Origin: Chloroflexota bacterium
GTDB lineage: Bacteria; Chloroflexota; Dehalococcoidia; GIF9; AB-539-J10
NCBI GenBank assembly: GCA_037444365.1
Contig: JBBIMO010000005.1
Span: 1,082 to 65,081 of the forward strand
Direction: 5' to 3'
Length of the DNA: 64,000 bases
Position numbers and translations under genes: made by a program. Shown here in pieces: positions 18,286-28,716 of this stretch; within the stretch, counting starts at the first letter, position 1; each line of letters starts with the position of its first letter. The notes beneath the pieces are model-generated. The model ran no database searches and was not told the DNA's origin. It was given only the letters and a program-made list of their open reading frames with translations.

Positions 18286-19965
18286 ATGACACGGGGGAAG
18301 GCTCGAGGGACAGCCATGACAAGACCGATAGAATTGCTCCGTCAAAAAAGAAAAGAGGAATTGTGGCAGATGTGCTGCGGTTTTCTTAACTTGAGTCTGG
18401 AGCAGTTCATGGCTATTCAGAAGAGGCTGCTTCTAGAGCAGATTACGCTACTGGAGAACAGCGAGCTGGGCAGAAGGGTGATGGGTGGTGCCATGCCTAA
18501 GACGGTAGAGGAGTTCCGGACACAGGTACCATTAACAACCTACGCCGATTACCTTCCTGACCTTGCGCAGAAAAGGGAAGATGCGCTGCCGGCAAAGCCT
18601 GCCATCTGGGTTCATACCGTGGGCAGGATTGGGGAGTACAACTTCAAATGGGTGCCTCTGCCTCAGAGATTCCTGGATGAATTTGAGCGAGTAGCTGGTG
18701 GTGTTGGGCTGCTGGCTTCCTGCAATCCGCAGGGCGATTTTCTGGTGAAAGAACATCTGAAAACCCTGGCCACCATGTCATCACGAGACTATGGGTCAGG
18801 CATAGTGGCATATCTGATGCAACGGGCACTGGGCTTCGACCTCATGCCCCGTAATGCAGAAGAGGTTACGTTTCAAGAGAAGGTGGAAGCCGGCATCAAG
18901 GATGCCTTGTCTCAAGGGCTTGATTCTTTCGGCGGTCTTCCTTCAATCTTAGTTTATGTTGGTGAAATGCTCAGACAGGGGGCAATAAACGTGGACGCCC
19001 GCTTCCTATTGTCACATCCCGGGGCGGCTGTTCGTTTCCTCAAGGGACATATCAAGAGCAAAATAGCCAATCGTCCTCTATTGCCCAGGGATTTGTGGTC
19101 CGTTAAGGTTGTTGTAGGAGGAGGCGCCGATACTGCCATTTTCGCAGGGAAGGTAGAGGAATTGTGGGGCAGGCAGCTTTTGGAGATATACGGCGCCACT
19201 GAGGGTGGCATCTATGCCACTCAGACCTGGGACCACAAAGGCATGACTTTCATTCCCAACCTCAACTTCTTCGAGTTCATTCCTGAGAGAGAGTGGTTCA
19301 AATGGCAACTGGATCATTCCTATCAGCCCAGGACCGTCCTGCTGGACGAGGTGAAAGCCGGACAGCAATACGAGCTAGTCATCACTAATTTCCATGGTGG
19401 CATTATGACCAGGTATCGCATGGGTGACCTGATAGAGATAACGTCGTTGAGAAATGAGAGCCTCAACATTGATATTCCCCAGATGGTATTTCACGCCCGC
19501 GCTGACGACCTCATCGATATCGCCAGTCTCGGGCGGGTGACAGAGAGAGTAATCAGGGAGGCGATTGAAAACACGGAGCTCCCTTACGTTAATTGGGTGG
19601 CACGCAAGGAGATAACTGATGACAAGCCCCTGTTGCGCATTTATCTCGAATTGAGAGACGGCTATGTTGCCAGCGAACAAAGCTTGGCAACGGCGATACG
19701 TGAGCAATTCAAAAGGCTGGACAGAAGGTATCGCTGCAACTTTTACAGGCTTATTGGTGATATGGAGAATGTGCTTAGCCTGAAGCCTGTTGAAGTCACC
19801 TGCCTTCCTCAGGGCGCCTTTTCCAACTATGTCGGACTACAGGGTCTGAAATTGCCCCACGTCAATCCCTCGGAAGAAACACTCTCTCTGCTGAGAGCTC
19901 CCAAGGTTCTGGCGGAGGCTGTGCCAACAAGCGAAGCCGAGCGTGCGGCTGCTCGACAGTACTAG
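18286..19965 (+). CDS. GH3-family acyl-acid amido synthetase-like adenylating enzyme
   Basis: The N-terminal pattern (Q..LL..I....NSELGRR.....EFR..VPLTTYADYLP), the central adenylation core and a size of about 550 aa are typical of bacterial GH3 proteins. The start may be the downstream ATG at ~18316. Confidence 0.6.
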   Translation: MTRGKARGTAMTRPIELLRQKRKEELWQMCCGFLNLSLEQFMAIQKRLLLEQITLLENSELGRRVMGGAMPKTVEEFRTQVPLTTYADYLPDLAQKREDALPAKPAIWVHTVGRIGEYNFKWVPLPQRFLDEFERVAGGVGLLASCNPQGDFLVKEHLKTLATMSSRDYGSGIVAYLMQRALGFDLMPRNAEEVTFQEKVEAGIKDALSQGLDSFGGLPSILVYVGEMLRQGAINVDARFLLSHPGAAVRFLKGHIKSKIANRPLLPRDLWSVKVVVGGGADTAIFAGKVEELWGRQLLEIYGATEGGIYATQTWDHKGMTFIPNLNFFEFIPEREWFKWQLDHSYQPRTVLLDEVKAGQQYELVITNFHGGIMTRYRMGDLIEITSLRNESLNIDIPQMVFHARADDLIDIASLGRVTERVIREAIENTELPYVNWVARKEITDDKPLLRIYLELRDGYVASEQSLATAIREQFKRLDRRYRCNFYRLIGDMENVLSLKPVEVTCLPQGAFSNYVGLQGLKLPHVNPSEETLSLLRAPKVLAEAVPTSEAERAAARQY

Positions 19966-20307
19966 CCACAGTTCGCAGAAAACCAGCTTGCCCTGCAGAG
20001 GCAAGCAGGGTCATGTCCCACTTCGCTCCTTCGGTCAACCACTCAAAGCTTCCTGGAAATCCCTCGTCAGCCAGACACAATGCTGGACCTGAAGCTTCAT
20101 GCCTGCATTATGCCAGAGAGCCGTGACTGAACACACCTGGTATCTGCCGGTATTACCTTAGTCATCTTGACAGCTTTCGACTTTGTGTGAATAATATTTC
20201 ACATTGGAGCGATTGCTTGGAGGCAACGACAGCAAGGAATAGCTCAACAGGATAAGCAAGCAAGACTGTGCTAGAATCTATGTATTGAGCCGGGCAATGG
20301 CGATATC

Positions 20308-23300
20308 ATGAGTCATATTGTGAAGGCCGAGACTCTGCTCCCCTTATTTGCCACGATTGCCTACGTCCCCTTGTTTGTCATTCTGCTCTCCAATCGGCCG
20401 TGGCAACGAAAGCACACGCTTTTTCTTCTGTTTCTGGTTCCCGCCCTGCTGTGGAGCCTCATAACCTTCCTCGGTATGAACAACATGGTAATGCCCAATA
20501 AGTGGCTTGCAGTCGAAGTTGTCCTTTGTATTGCCATCTGGATGCTTGTTCAATTCCACTACTTCGTATCCCTTTTTTATCGGGCGGAGCGCAATCAGTC
20601 CGAGCGCATCAGGATTCCAGTGGCTTACGTCTTCCCCATAGCCGCCGTTGCTCTGGCCGCCGCGGACCTTCTCCTAGTGTCTGTGGAACCCCGTGTCGTG
20701 TTGCATCCCTCAGCTGTCGCCATAGGTTTGGCTTTTCTTTGCACGGTAGGTCTCAAGGACATACTCTCTTTGACACAGAAGTACAAGCTCTCGCCCAACC
20801 CGGCGGAACGTAATCAGACTATCTATCTACTCCTTACCATCGGTATCCTGACAGTATCCTTTCTCAGCGCTCTAAGTACCCGTGGAGGCGAATTTCCTTT
20901 GAGCCATATTGGTAACCTTGCCATCGCCTGTATTCTGACCTATGCTGTGGTGACCCATCGTCTGGTGGACATGAATGCCATATTTCGCCAGGCACTTGTA
21001 TACGTAGTCCTCTACGGCGGCGGTATCGGCATAGTAATGCTCCTGTTCTGGCTGGCTCAGACACGCCTGCACTTCCAGCCAGACCCGGCCTCCCTTGCGA
21101 TAACCATGGGCCTGGGAATTGCTGCTATCCTGCTTTTCGTTCACAGGGTGCGTGACCTCTGGCAAAGGAAGGTGGAAGACACCTTCATGGGAGTAAAATC
21201 CTTCCACCGAAGGCAATTATCTCAATTTGTCGCGGAGCTACACAGCGTTGCGTCCCTGGAGGATTTGGGGAAGGAGTTTATCTCCCTGCTTGCTCAGTCC
21301 ATTGATTGTCGGAGGGCTTGTCTGCTTCTGCCCCAGGACGGAGAGGGAGGTTTTGCTGCCAAATTCATCTACCCTCCCGTGGAGGACAATCCAATGGGAG
21401 AATTGCAGTTGACGAAGGATAGTCCTGTTGTGGCCTGGCTGGAGCGCAAGAACGCTATGCTCCCGGAAAGGAGTCTCACCATCTACCCTGAGTTCCATGG
21501 TATGTGGGAGCAGGAGAGGGAGCAAATCAAACTGGCGAAGGTGGAGATGTTCGTCCCCTTGATTAACGAAGGGAATATTGTGGCGATTGTGGCAGTAAGC
21601 GGGAGGCGAGACGGGAAACTGTACGCGGTTGAGGACATTGATTTGCTGGAGTCAATCGCCCGTCAGGTGGCAGCCAGCATGGAAAAGGAGTATGGCCGCG
21701 AGCGCATGAAGGAACAAGACATGGAAACAAGCCTGCTTAACCGTCTGACGGGAATAATGACCTCGAATATAAGCATTCAAATGATATTTGACCGTTTCGC
21801 CGAAGAGCTGCGGAAGGTTGCCGACATTGACTGGGCAACGGTTGCCCTGCTCGATGGAAACGAGCTTTCCTTCATGGTTCTGTCCAGCACCCTGGGCTCT
21901 ACCTGGCAGCCGGGGGAAAGGCTACCACTTGAAGGGACGGCTACGGAATGGGTGTGCCGCGAGAAGAGAAGCCTGTATGAACCTGATTTGAAACGACACC
22001 GGATGTTCTGGACAGGGGAGCATCACCTGAAGCAGGGTGCTCGCTCTGTCGTTTACCTGCCCTTGACTGTCGCAGACCGTGTTATTGGCAGCCTGATGTT
22101 TGCCAGTCGCAAACCTAACGCCTACAGCAAGAGCCAAATACAACTCCTGGAAAGGGTCGCCTCGCAGATTGCTGCGCCGATCGAGAATGCTCAACTGTAC
22201 CTCCGATTGGAAGAGAAGTCACGCGTTGATGAGCTTACAGGACTGTTCAATCGGCGCTACTTCGAAGAGCGACTGAAAGATGAACTTTCCCGCCACTCTC
22301 GTTATGGCGACGTGTTCTCTATACTCATGATTGACCTGGATAGGTTCAAGACCTACAACGACCTATACGGGCATCCCGCCGGGGATGTTCTGTTGAGCCA
22401 GATAGGTAGGATTCTCAGGAAATATATCCGGGACGTTGACAAAGCTTTTCGCTATGGCGGCGATGAATTCGTCGTAATTTTGCCACAGACAGCCAGAGAT
22501 GCTGCCTATACCGTAGCCGAGCGGGTCAGAAGCCAGGTTGCCGCAGAGATGCAGAAGAAGGCCATCGCAGTCACCTGCAGCATCGGATTGGCAAGCTATC
22601 CGTCAGACGGAATGTTGTCTGGCGAGCTTGTTGATGCAGCCGATACTGCCCTTTATCATGCCAAGCGGACAGGAGGCAACCGAATCTTCCTGTCATCTAA
22701 TATACTATCTAAGCCACCGGACAGCGAAAGTGTTTCCGTGATCGGTATCCTACCCAGGAGCCTGAGCGAGGTATATGATATAGCCTCGACAGTGGAAGCC
22801 AAAGACCCCTATACCTATGGTCATTCCAACAGGGTCAACACCTACGCCGTGGCTTTGGCGGACCGGATTGGGTTATCGCCTGATGAAGTGTCTACGTTGA
22901 GTGCCGCTGCTTTGCTTCATGACATCGGCAAAGTTGGCATCCCCGAGGCAGTGCTCAACAAAAAAGAGAAGCTTAGCAAGGAAGACTGGGAGGTAATCAA
23001 GGCTCATCCTAAGTTAGGAGCAAATATCGTCAGCAACATACCCAAGCTGACCCCTACTGTACCTGGCATTTTGCATCACCATGAGAAGTGGGATGGCAGC
23101 GGCTACCCCGAGGGGCTGAAGGGCCGGGAGATCCCGATTGAAGCACGCATCCTCGCCATAGCTGATAGCTTTGAAGCCATGACGTCTGTCCGCCCCTACC
23201 GTCCTGCCTTGTCCATTGACGAAGTGGTCAGAGAGCTCAAGAAAGGTGCCGGGATTCAATTCGACCCGAAGCTGGTGGAGATCTTCATCGGCATTATCGA

Positions 23301-23373
23301 GGCTGGACTTCCCGAGAAGATCAAGATACATCAAGACGTATCCGGTGAGCAAACGAGTCCCCAGCAGAGCTGA
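20308..23373 (+). CDS. Multidomain c-di-GMP signalling protein: polytopic membrane N-domain, GAF x2, GGDEF and HD-GYP
   Basis: It has about 8 N-terminal TM helices, a GGDEF motif (RYGGDEFVVIL) with an RxxD site, and HD-GYP signatures (HHHEKWDGSGYP, HDIGK). Confidence 0.8.
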   Translation: MSHIVKAETLLPLFATIAYVPLFVILLSNRPWQRKHTLFLLFLVPALLWSLITFLGMNNMVMPNKWLAVEVVLCIAIWMLVQFHYFVSLFYRAERNQSERIRIPVAYVFPIAAVALAAADLLLVSVEPRVVLHPSAVAIGLAFLCTVGLKDILSLTQKYKLSPNPAERNQTIYLLLTIGILTVSFLSALSTRGGEFPLSHIGNLAIACILTYAVVTHRLVDMNAIFRQALVYVVLYGGGIGIVMLLFWLAQTRLHFQPDPASLAITMGLGIAAILLFVHRVRDLWQRKVEDTFMGVKSFHRRQLSQFVAELHSVASLEDLGKEFISLLAQSIDCRRACLLLPQDGEGGFAAKFIYPPVEDNPMGELQLTKDSPVVAWLERKNAMLPERSLTIYPEFHGMWEQEREQIKLAKVEMFVPLINEGNIVAIVAVSGRRDGKLYAVEDIDLLESIARQVAASMEKEYGRERMKEQDMETSLLNRLTGIMTSNISIQMIFDRFAEELRKVADIDWATVALLDGNELSFMVLSSTLGSTWQPGERLPLEGTATEWVCREKRSLYEPDLKRHRMFWTGEHHLKQGARSVVYLPLTVADRVIGSLMFASRKPNAYSKSQIQLLERVASQIAAPIENAQLYLRLEEKSRVDELTGLFNRRYFEERLKDELSRHSRYGDVFSILMIDLDRFKTYNDLYGHPAGDVLLSQIGRILRKYIRDVDKAFRYGGDEFVVILPQTARDAAYTVAERVRSQVAAEMQKKAIAVTCSIGLASYPSDGMLSGELVDAADTALYHAKRTGGNRIFLSSNILSKPPDSESVSVIGILPRSLSEVYDIASTVEAKDPYTYGHSNRVNTYAVALADRIGLSPDEVSTLSAAALLHDIGKVGIPEAVLNKKEKLSKEDWEVIKAHPKLGANIVSNIPKLTPTVPGILHHHEKWDGSGYPEGLKGREIPIEARILAIADSFEAMTSVRPYRPALSIDEVVRELKKGAGIQFDPKLVEIFIGIIEAGLPEKIKIHQDVSGEQTSPQQS

Positions 23374-23430
23374 ATGTCCTGAACCGATAGTGAGCTCCAG
23401 TGCAGGTTGATTAGATACTTGTGATTTGAG

Positions 23431-24150
23431 ATGCCATTCTGGGACGTATACTCGTATCTCTATAGCTTATCTTTAACAAACCTGTTTCCTTACCGACGTC
23501 TTTTGGAAGACCTGAGTAGCACATTGAACATTGATGAAGGTGAGCATCTTCTGGATGCCGGGTGCGGGCCCGGGCTGGCAATAGAGGGAATTATTGAGCT
23601 AAGCAAAGGAAGACAAATAACCATCACCGGTCTGGACTTTAGTAACAGAATGATAAGGTCCGCTCAGAAGAGATGCAAGGACTTCCCCAATGTGAAGCTC
23701 CAGATTGGCGATTTGAATAGACGCCTGGAGTTTCCAGATGACTTCTTTGATAAGGTGGTTTGCTCTAACACACTCTATACGCTTGCAAAGCCTGAAACAG
23801 CCGTTTCTGAGTTCTACAGAGTTCTGAAGCGGGGTGGTGTGGCGGTCATAGCCAATCCCAAACCAGACGCCAATCAAGGTGGGCTCATAAGAGAACACAT
23901 AGAGACACTCAACGGACTAACTCCATTTCATCGAAAGATTCATCATATTGTCGTATCTATTCTGCTCATTCCCGTGCACTTGGTTGTCATGGCAATCAAT
24001 AGGGTCATTGTCCGCAAGGGACGAAGCGGAGAATATCACTTTTGGGCAGAAGGTGAGCTAACAAAGATTCTTCAGGAAGTGGGATTCAAGAACATCCACA
24101 TAAGCTCATGCTATGCTAATCAGGATTGGTTGGCAACTGCGGAGAAGTAG
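23431..24150 (+). CDS. Class I SAM-dependent methyltransferase
   Basis: Motif I is LDAGCGPG. The Methyltransf_11/25-like core is followed by a hydrophobic C-terminal segment. Confidence 0.7.
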   Translation: MPFWDVYSYLYSLSLTNLFPYRRLLEDLSSTLNIDEGEHLLDAGCGPGLAIEGIIELSKGRQITITGLDFSNRMIRSAQKRCKDFPNVKLQIGDLNRRLEFPDDFFDKVVCSNTLYTLAKPETAVSEFYRVLKRGGVAVIANPKPDANQGGLIREHIETLNGLTPFHRKIHHIVVSILLIPVHLVVMAINRVIVRKGRSGEYHFWAEGELTKILQEVGFKNIHISSCYANQDWLATAEK

Positions 24151-24207
24151 AGACATCCGCAAGGACTTTTCGTGCCAATCATTTCAGGCTGAGACATTGC
24201 GTTCGCC

Positions 24208-24909
24208 CTAGGGCTCGTTCAGATTCCCGACTCGACACTTCTTAACCAGAACGCATATGTTGCGTGAGAAGTGCCTAATCGGGAAATGGTAGGATTTCTC
24301 TGGCGACATAGTGACGACTTTCCAGCCACTCTTCGTCAATACTCTGCGTAGCTCGCCATAGGAAAAGAGGTGGTAATAGCGGTAGACAGTCTTTCCCTTC
24401 AGCCTCCAGGGTATGTGCTGTTCCTGCGACTTGAACCAGAACCTGGGTTGCCCGTGGTTCCACACCGTCAAGAACGCCTCGCCGTCGGGCTTAACGACCC
24501 GTTTCAGTTCTGCCAACGCCCTTTCCCTTTCCTCTCCGCCCCTGACATGGTGATAAGTGGCCACCGATATCGCCCAGTCGAAAGTGTTGTCAGGGAATGG
24601 CAGAAACAGGGCGTCAGAAACTGCTAAGTTGACATAAAACTTGAACTTGGTCGAATATCTCATGGCCTGCCTGAGCATAGCAGGGGAGGAATCCACCCCG
24701 AAGAATTCAAAGCGCTGGTCAAAAGGCAAAAAGTCTGGCCCGTGAGCACATCCGACATTCAGCAGCTTGCCGCTTTGCCATCTTGCTGCTACGGCAGCCA
24801 GGTCTTCCTTTAGCAATGGCCAATGCCTTACGCGATACCAGCTTTCGGCGATCTGATCAAAAACCTCTCTATTTGTTGTCATACATACGCTCTGGTAGAC
24901 TTTAAGCAT
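24208..24909 (-). CDS. Class I SAM-dependent methyltransferase
   Basis: Motif I is LNVGCAHG and the post-I acidic residue is FGVDSS. Confidence 0.7.
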   Translation of the reverse strand: MLKVYQSVCMTTNREVFDQIAESWYRVRHWPLLKEDLAAVAARWQSGKLLNVGCAHGPDFLPFDQRFEFFGVDSSPAMLRQAMRYSTKFKFYVNLAVSDALFLPFPDNTFDWAISVATYHHVRGGEERERALAELKRVVKPDGEAFLTVWNHGQPRFWFKSQEQHIPWRLKGKTVYRYYHLFSYGELRRVLTKSGWKVVTMSPEKSYHFPIRHFSRNICVLVKKCRVGNLNEP

Positions 24910-24917
24910 ATCACGCT

Positions 24918-26330
24918 ATGAAGAAAGCATCCAGAACCATTTCCGGGGTAACCCCTGTGGCGGTCATGGCCAAGCCGTTCCCCTGCCCCGGTAGATGCGT
25001 CTATTGCCCAAGTTCACCGGAGGCGCCCAAAAGCTATACTCTGGAATCTCCCGCGGTGCTCCGCGCTCGAAGTTGCGGCTTTGACGCAAGAAAACAGGTT
25101 GAAGTCAGGCTCAACACGCTTGCTCAAATGGGACACGCACGGAACAAGGTAGAGCTGATCGTTATGGGTGGCACCTTTCTGAGCTATCCACGGGACTACC
25201 AGTATCAATTCATCAAGGACTGCTATGATGGGCTGAACAACATCACCTCCGGCAGTCTAGAGGAGGCCAAGGAGCTGAATGAAACTGCTGACCACCGTTG
25301 CGTTGGACTGTGCATCGAGACCAGACCCGATTTCTGTGGTGAAGAGGAGATAAGACGCATTCTTGATTTCGGCACCACTAGGGTGGAGCTTGGCGTACAG
25401 ACATTGGATGATGAGATCCATCGTCTGACAAAGAGAGGACATGGAATGGCTGAGGTTGTCTCAGCAACCGGGCTGTTGAGGGACTACGGCTTCAAGGTTC
25501 ATTATCATTGGATGCCTGGTTTACCAGGGTCAACGCCACAGCATGACCTGGAGCTATCGCAGCAATTGTTTGGAGATGAGCGTTTTCGACCTGACGGGCT
25601 TAAGCTTTACCCCACGCTGGTAGTTCGAGGCAGTGAACTGGAGAACTGGTTCAGAGATAATCGTTACCGCCCTTATGGGGATGAGGAGATGATTGAGTTA
25701 CTTATAGCTACCAAAACCCTAGTTCCCAAGTATGTAAGGATTTCCAGATTGATGCGGGACATTCCCACGAAATTCATCATTGCCGGCAGCAGAGACTTGG
25801 CGCTCAGAGAGACTATCAGAAAGAAGATGAGGGAAACAGGTCTCCGTTGTAGCTGCATTCGCTGTCGGGAGTACGGGCATCGCTTGAGGGATGGGTGGGC
25901 AATTGGCGAGCCCTGGCTAAAGAGACTGGATTATGAGACACCGGGCGGGAAAGAGATCTTCCTGTCTTACGAGGACGGGAACGACACCTTGTTTGGGTTG
26001 CTGAGGTTAAGAGTAAGTGAAAAAGGAGCCGTTGTCAGGGAGCTACACGTCTTCGGTCCGGAGGTTCCCTTGGGCGAAAGGTTAGAAGGAGCGGCTCAAC
26101 ATCACGCATTGGGTGGAACTTTACTCCGCGAGGCAGAGAGAATCGCTGGAGAGGAATTCAAGGTGGAGAGAATATCAGTACTCAGCGGTGTCGGTGCCAG
26201 GCAGTATTATCGGACACTGGGTTACCATCTCAGAGGCAACTACATGACAAAAGCTCTCACCAGTCTACCTGAGAGCCTTCAAGGAGACTACTCAATAGCC
26301 CATCCCGACCACAGTCGGAAGACAAGCTGA
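24918..26330 (+). CDS. elp3: Elp3-family radical SAM / GNAT tRNA wobble-uridine modification enzyme
   Basis: It has CPGRCVYC (Cx3Cx2C) after ISGVTPVAVMAKP, a radical SAM core and a C-terminal acetyltransferase fold (ALGGTLLREAERIA). The protein is colinear with archaeal/Dehalococcoides Elp3. Confidence 0.8.
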   Translation: MKKASRTISGVTPVAVMAKPFPCPGRCVYCPSSPEAPKSYTLESPAVLRARSCGFDARKQVEVRLNTLAQMGHARNKVELIVMGGTFLSYPRDYQYQFIKDCYDGLNNITSGSLEEAKELNETADHRCVGLCIETRPDFCGEEEIRRILDFGTTRVELGVQTLDDEIHRLTKRGHGMAEVVSATGLLRDYGFKVHYHWMPGLPGSTPQHDLELSQQLFGDERFRPDGLKLYPTLVVRGSELENWFRDNRYRPYGDEEMIELLIATKTLVPKYVRISRLMRDIPTKFIIAGSRDLALRETIRKKMRETGLRCSCIRCREYGHRLRDGWAIGEPWLKRLDYETPGGKEIFLSYEDGNDTLFGLLRLRVSEKGAVVRELHVFGPEVPLGERLEGAAQHHALGGTLLREAERIAGEEFKVERISVLSGVGARQYYRTLGYHLRGNYMTKALTSLPESLQGDYSIAHPDHSRKTS

Positions 26331-26697
26331 CTTTGGCCTCAAGGTGGCGCTCGCCATGAGCGATTTGTCAAAACAACCCCTTAGAGCCACTGCTAATGCT
26401 GCGGGAAGAACATCCGCAGCGGGGAAAGTCGAGGCTCATTGTTCTTATTGAACGGGAAAGCTGGCAAGTCTCTATTTCTCCCTGAGCAGGATCCTTGCCT
26501 GTCCCGAAGCCTTTGATGTCCTTCGTACACCTATTTGGAATGCATCCTGTTCGGAAGGCGTAATCACCCACGCCACTATGCGGTGCCTGGGCCCCAGGAC
26601 TACCAGGTGAATTTCCCATGTAATGAACAAGCACATGCGTTTGATTTCTGAACAGAAAAAGTGTATACTTTGTTCCAGGAAGGGAGGTGTCAGGAAA

Positions 26698-26951
26698 TGC
26701 CGGATGTAGAGATTGGCAAGATAACGGATTTCTTTGCCAAACCTGTGGTAGCTGGCATAGAGTTAAGCGGCACGTTGAAAGTGGGCGACAGAATCCATAT
26801 CAAGGGCAGCACCACAGATATGGAACTGACTGTAGAATCTATGCAGATTGAGCGCGCCAAAATCACCGAAGGCAAGCCCGGTGACCTCGTGGGCATAAAA
26901 GTCCCTGACAGAGTAAGGCGAGGCGACAAGGTCTACAAGGTCACTGAATAG
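26698..26951 (+). CDS. Small beta-barrel protein resembling translation-factor domain 2
   Basis: The motif [31 protein letters not shown]...GDLVGIKV resembles the EF-Tu D2 barrel. A promoter (TTGATT, 17-bp spacer, TATACT) and a GGAGG RBS lie upstream. The end overlaps the ribH stop. Confidence 0.4.
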
Positions 26952-27411
26952 CCTTGAGCAGATTTGCCATTTCAATGGCGCTCACTGCCGCAGCAAAGCC
27001 CCTATTGCCCTCCTTGGCGCCCGCTCTCTGAATAGCCTGCTCCAAAGTATCCGCCGTGATTATTCCCTGTATCACAGGTAAGCTAGCATCCAAGCTCACT
27101 CTGCTAATACCCCTGTTGACCTCCGCAGCAACATACTCGGAATGGGGTGTGCCACCACGAATCACTGCGCCAAGGCACACTATGGCATCGTACTTATTAG
27201 TCTGCGCTAACCTCTTACTTACAAGCGGAATCTCCAGACAACCCGGAGTCCATGCGACGTCAATGTCACCTTCGGCAACTCCGTGTCGCAGCAATGCGTC
27301 CCTCGCCCCCTCCAGCAACTTCGTGGTTATCAACTCATTGAACCGGGAAACAACCACAGCGAACTTGAGACCTTTTCCTATCAGGATACCTTCATACTGA
27401 TGCTTAGCCAT
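26941..27411 (-). CDS. ribH: 6,7-dimethyl-8-ribityllumazine synthase
   Basis: It reads [18 protein letters not shown]...[15 protein letters not shown]. Confidence 0.9.
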   Translation of the reverse strand: MAKHQYEGILIGKGLKFAVVVSRFNELITTKLLEGARDALLRHGVAEGDIDVAWTPGCLEIPLVSKRLAQTNKYDAIVCLGAVIRGGTPHSEYVAAEVNRGISRVSLDASLPVIQGIITADTLEQAIQRAGAKEGNRGFAAAVSAIEMANLLKAIQ

Positions 27412-27513
27412 TACTTACCCTCCTATAAACAGATTCCAAATATCAGAATCCCAATGTCAAACCCGGTTCAAATACCCCAACGCCAAACCACCTCTCTTGA
27501 CATTCCGGTCTTG

Positions 27514-28716
27514 TCATTCCTCCAGATTCAGAATGTGCCCTAACTTCTTTTGTTTCGTTTCCAAATAACGGATATTGTAAGGGGTAGCCGGGGCTATCAG
27601 GGGGACAATCTCAATTATCCTGATCCCGTAGCTTTCCAGCCCAACCACCTTCTTTGGATTATTGGTGAGCAATCGAATATTATGCAAGCGCAGATCAGCC
27701 AGAACCTGGGCACCTACCCCATAGTCCCTCAAGTCAGGAGCAAAACCCAAAGCTATATTGGCCTCCACAGTATCCATTCCTTGGTCCTGAAGAGCATAGG
27801 CACACAGCTTGTTATGAAACCCGATTCCTCTCCCTTCTTGCCTCATATAGAGAAAAACACCTCGACCCTCCTTAGCTATTCTCTGCAAAGCCATTTCGAT
27901 CTGGGCCCCGCAATCACATCTCAAACTACCAAAGACGTCTCCAGTGAGACACTCGCTGTGAACACGCACCAGAACTGGTTCATCACCAGATATGTCGCCT
28001 CTAACCAGAGCAACATGTTCAGCCGTATCAACCACACTCTTGTAAGCCACGGCTGTAAATTCCCCCCACTTAGTGGGCAGCCTAGCCTCAGTCACCCTTT
28101 GCACCAACTTCTCATGGCGAAGACGGTAGGCAATCAGATCAACGATGGTTATTAGCTTCAAACCAAACTCAGAAGCCATAGCTTCAAGTTGAGGCAGACG
28201 CCTCATGCTACCATCATCATCCATGATCTCGCATATAACGCCAGCAGGATAAAGCCCAGCCATCTTAGCCAGATCAACAATGGCTTCGCTGTGCCCAGCG
28301 CGCACGAGTACCCCACCATCCTTGACCCGGATAGGAAATATATGCCCTGGCTGAGCTATGTCATTTGGCTTCGTATCAGGATCAAGCACTGTCTTTATGG
28401 TTTGCGCTCGGTCAAAAGCTGAGATACCGGTAGTAACTCTATCCTTGGCCTCAATAGAAACCGTGAAGGCGGTGGAATGGCGCGACGTGTTGTTGGTAAC
28501 CATCAGTGGTATTCCCAGTTCGTCAAGCCTCTGGCCACTGATAGGAAGACAGATTAGCCCGCGCCCATACTTGGCCATGAAGTTTATAGCCTCAGGTGTA
28601 ACCTTCTCGGCAGCCATAGCCAGATCACCTTCGTTCTCGCGCGACTCGTCATCAACGATAATGATGAACTTGCCTGCCCTTATATCTTCAATCGCTTCTG
28701 AAATGCTAGCCAGCAT
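27514..28716 (-). CDS. ribBA: Bifunctional 3,4-dihydroxy-2-butanone-4-phosphate synthase / GTP cyclohydrolase II
   Basis: DHBP synthase motifs (DDESRENEGDL) are followed by a GCH-II domain (CxxCxC: CLTGDVFGSLRCDCG). Confidence 0.9.
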   Translation of the reverse strand: MLASISEAIEDIRAGKFIIIVDDESRENEGDLAMAAEKVTPEAINFMAKYGRGLICLPISGQRLDELGIPLMVTNNTSRHSTAFTVSIEAKDRVTTGISAFDRAQTIKTVLDPDTKPNDIAQPGHIFPIRVKDGGVLVRAGHSEAIVDLAKMAGLYPAGVICEIMDDDGSMRRLPQLEAMASEFGLKLITIVDLIAYRLRHEKLVQRVTEARLPTKWGEFTAVAYKSVVDTAEHVALVRGDISGDEPVLVRVHSECLTGDVFGSLRCDCGAQIEMALQRIAKEGRGVFLYMRQEGRGIGFHNKLCAYALQDQGMDTVEANIALGFAPDLRDYGVGAQVLADLRLHNIRLLTNNPKKVVGLESYGIRIIEIVPLIAPATPYNIRYLETKQKKLGHILNLEE

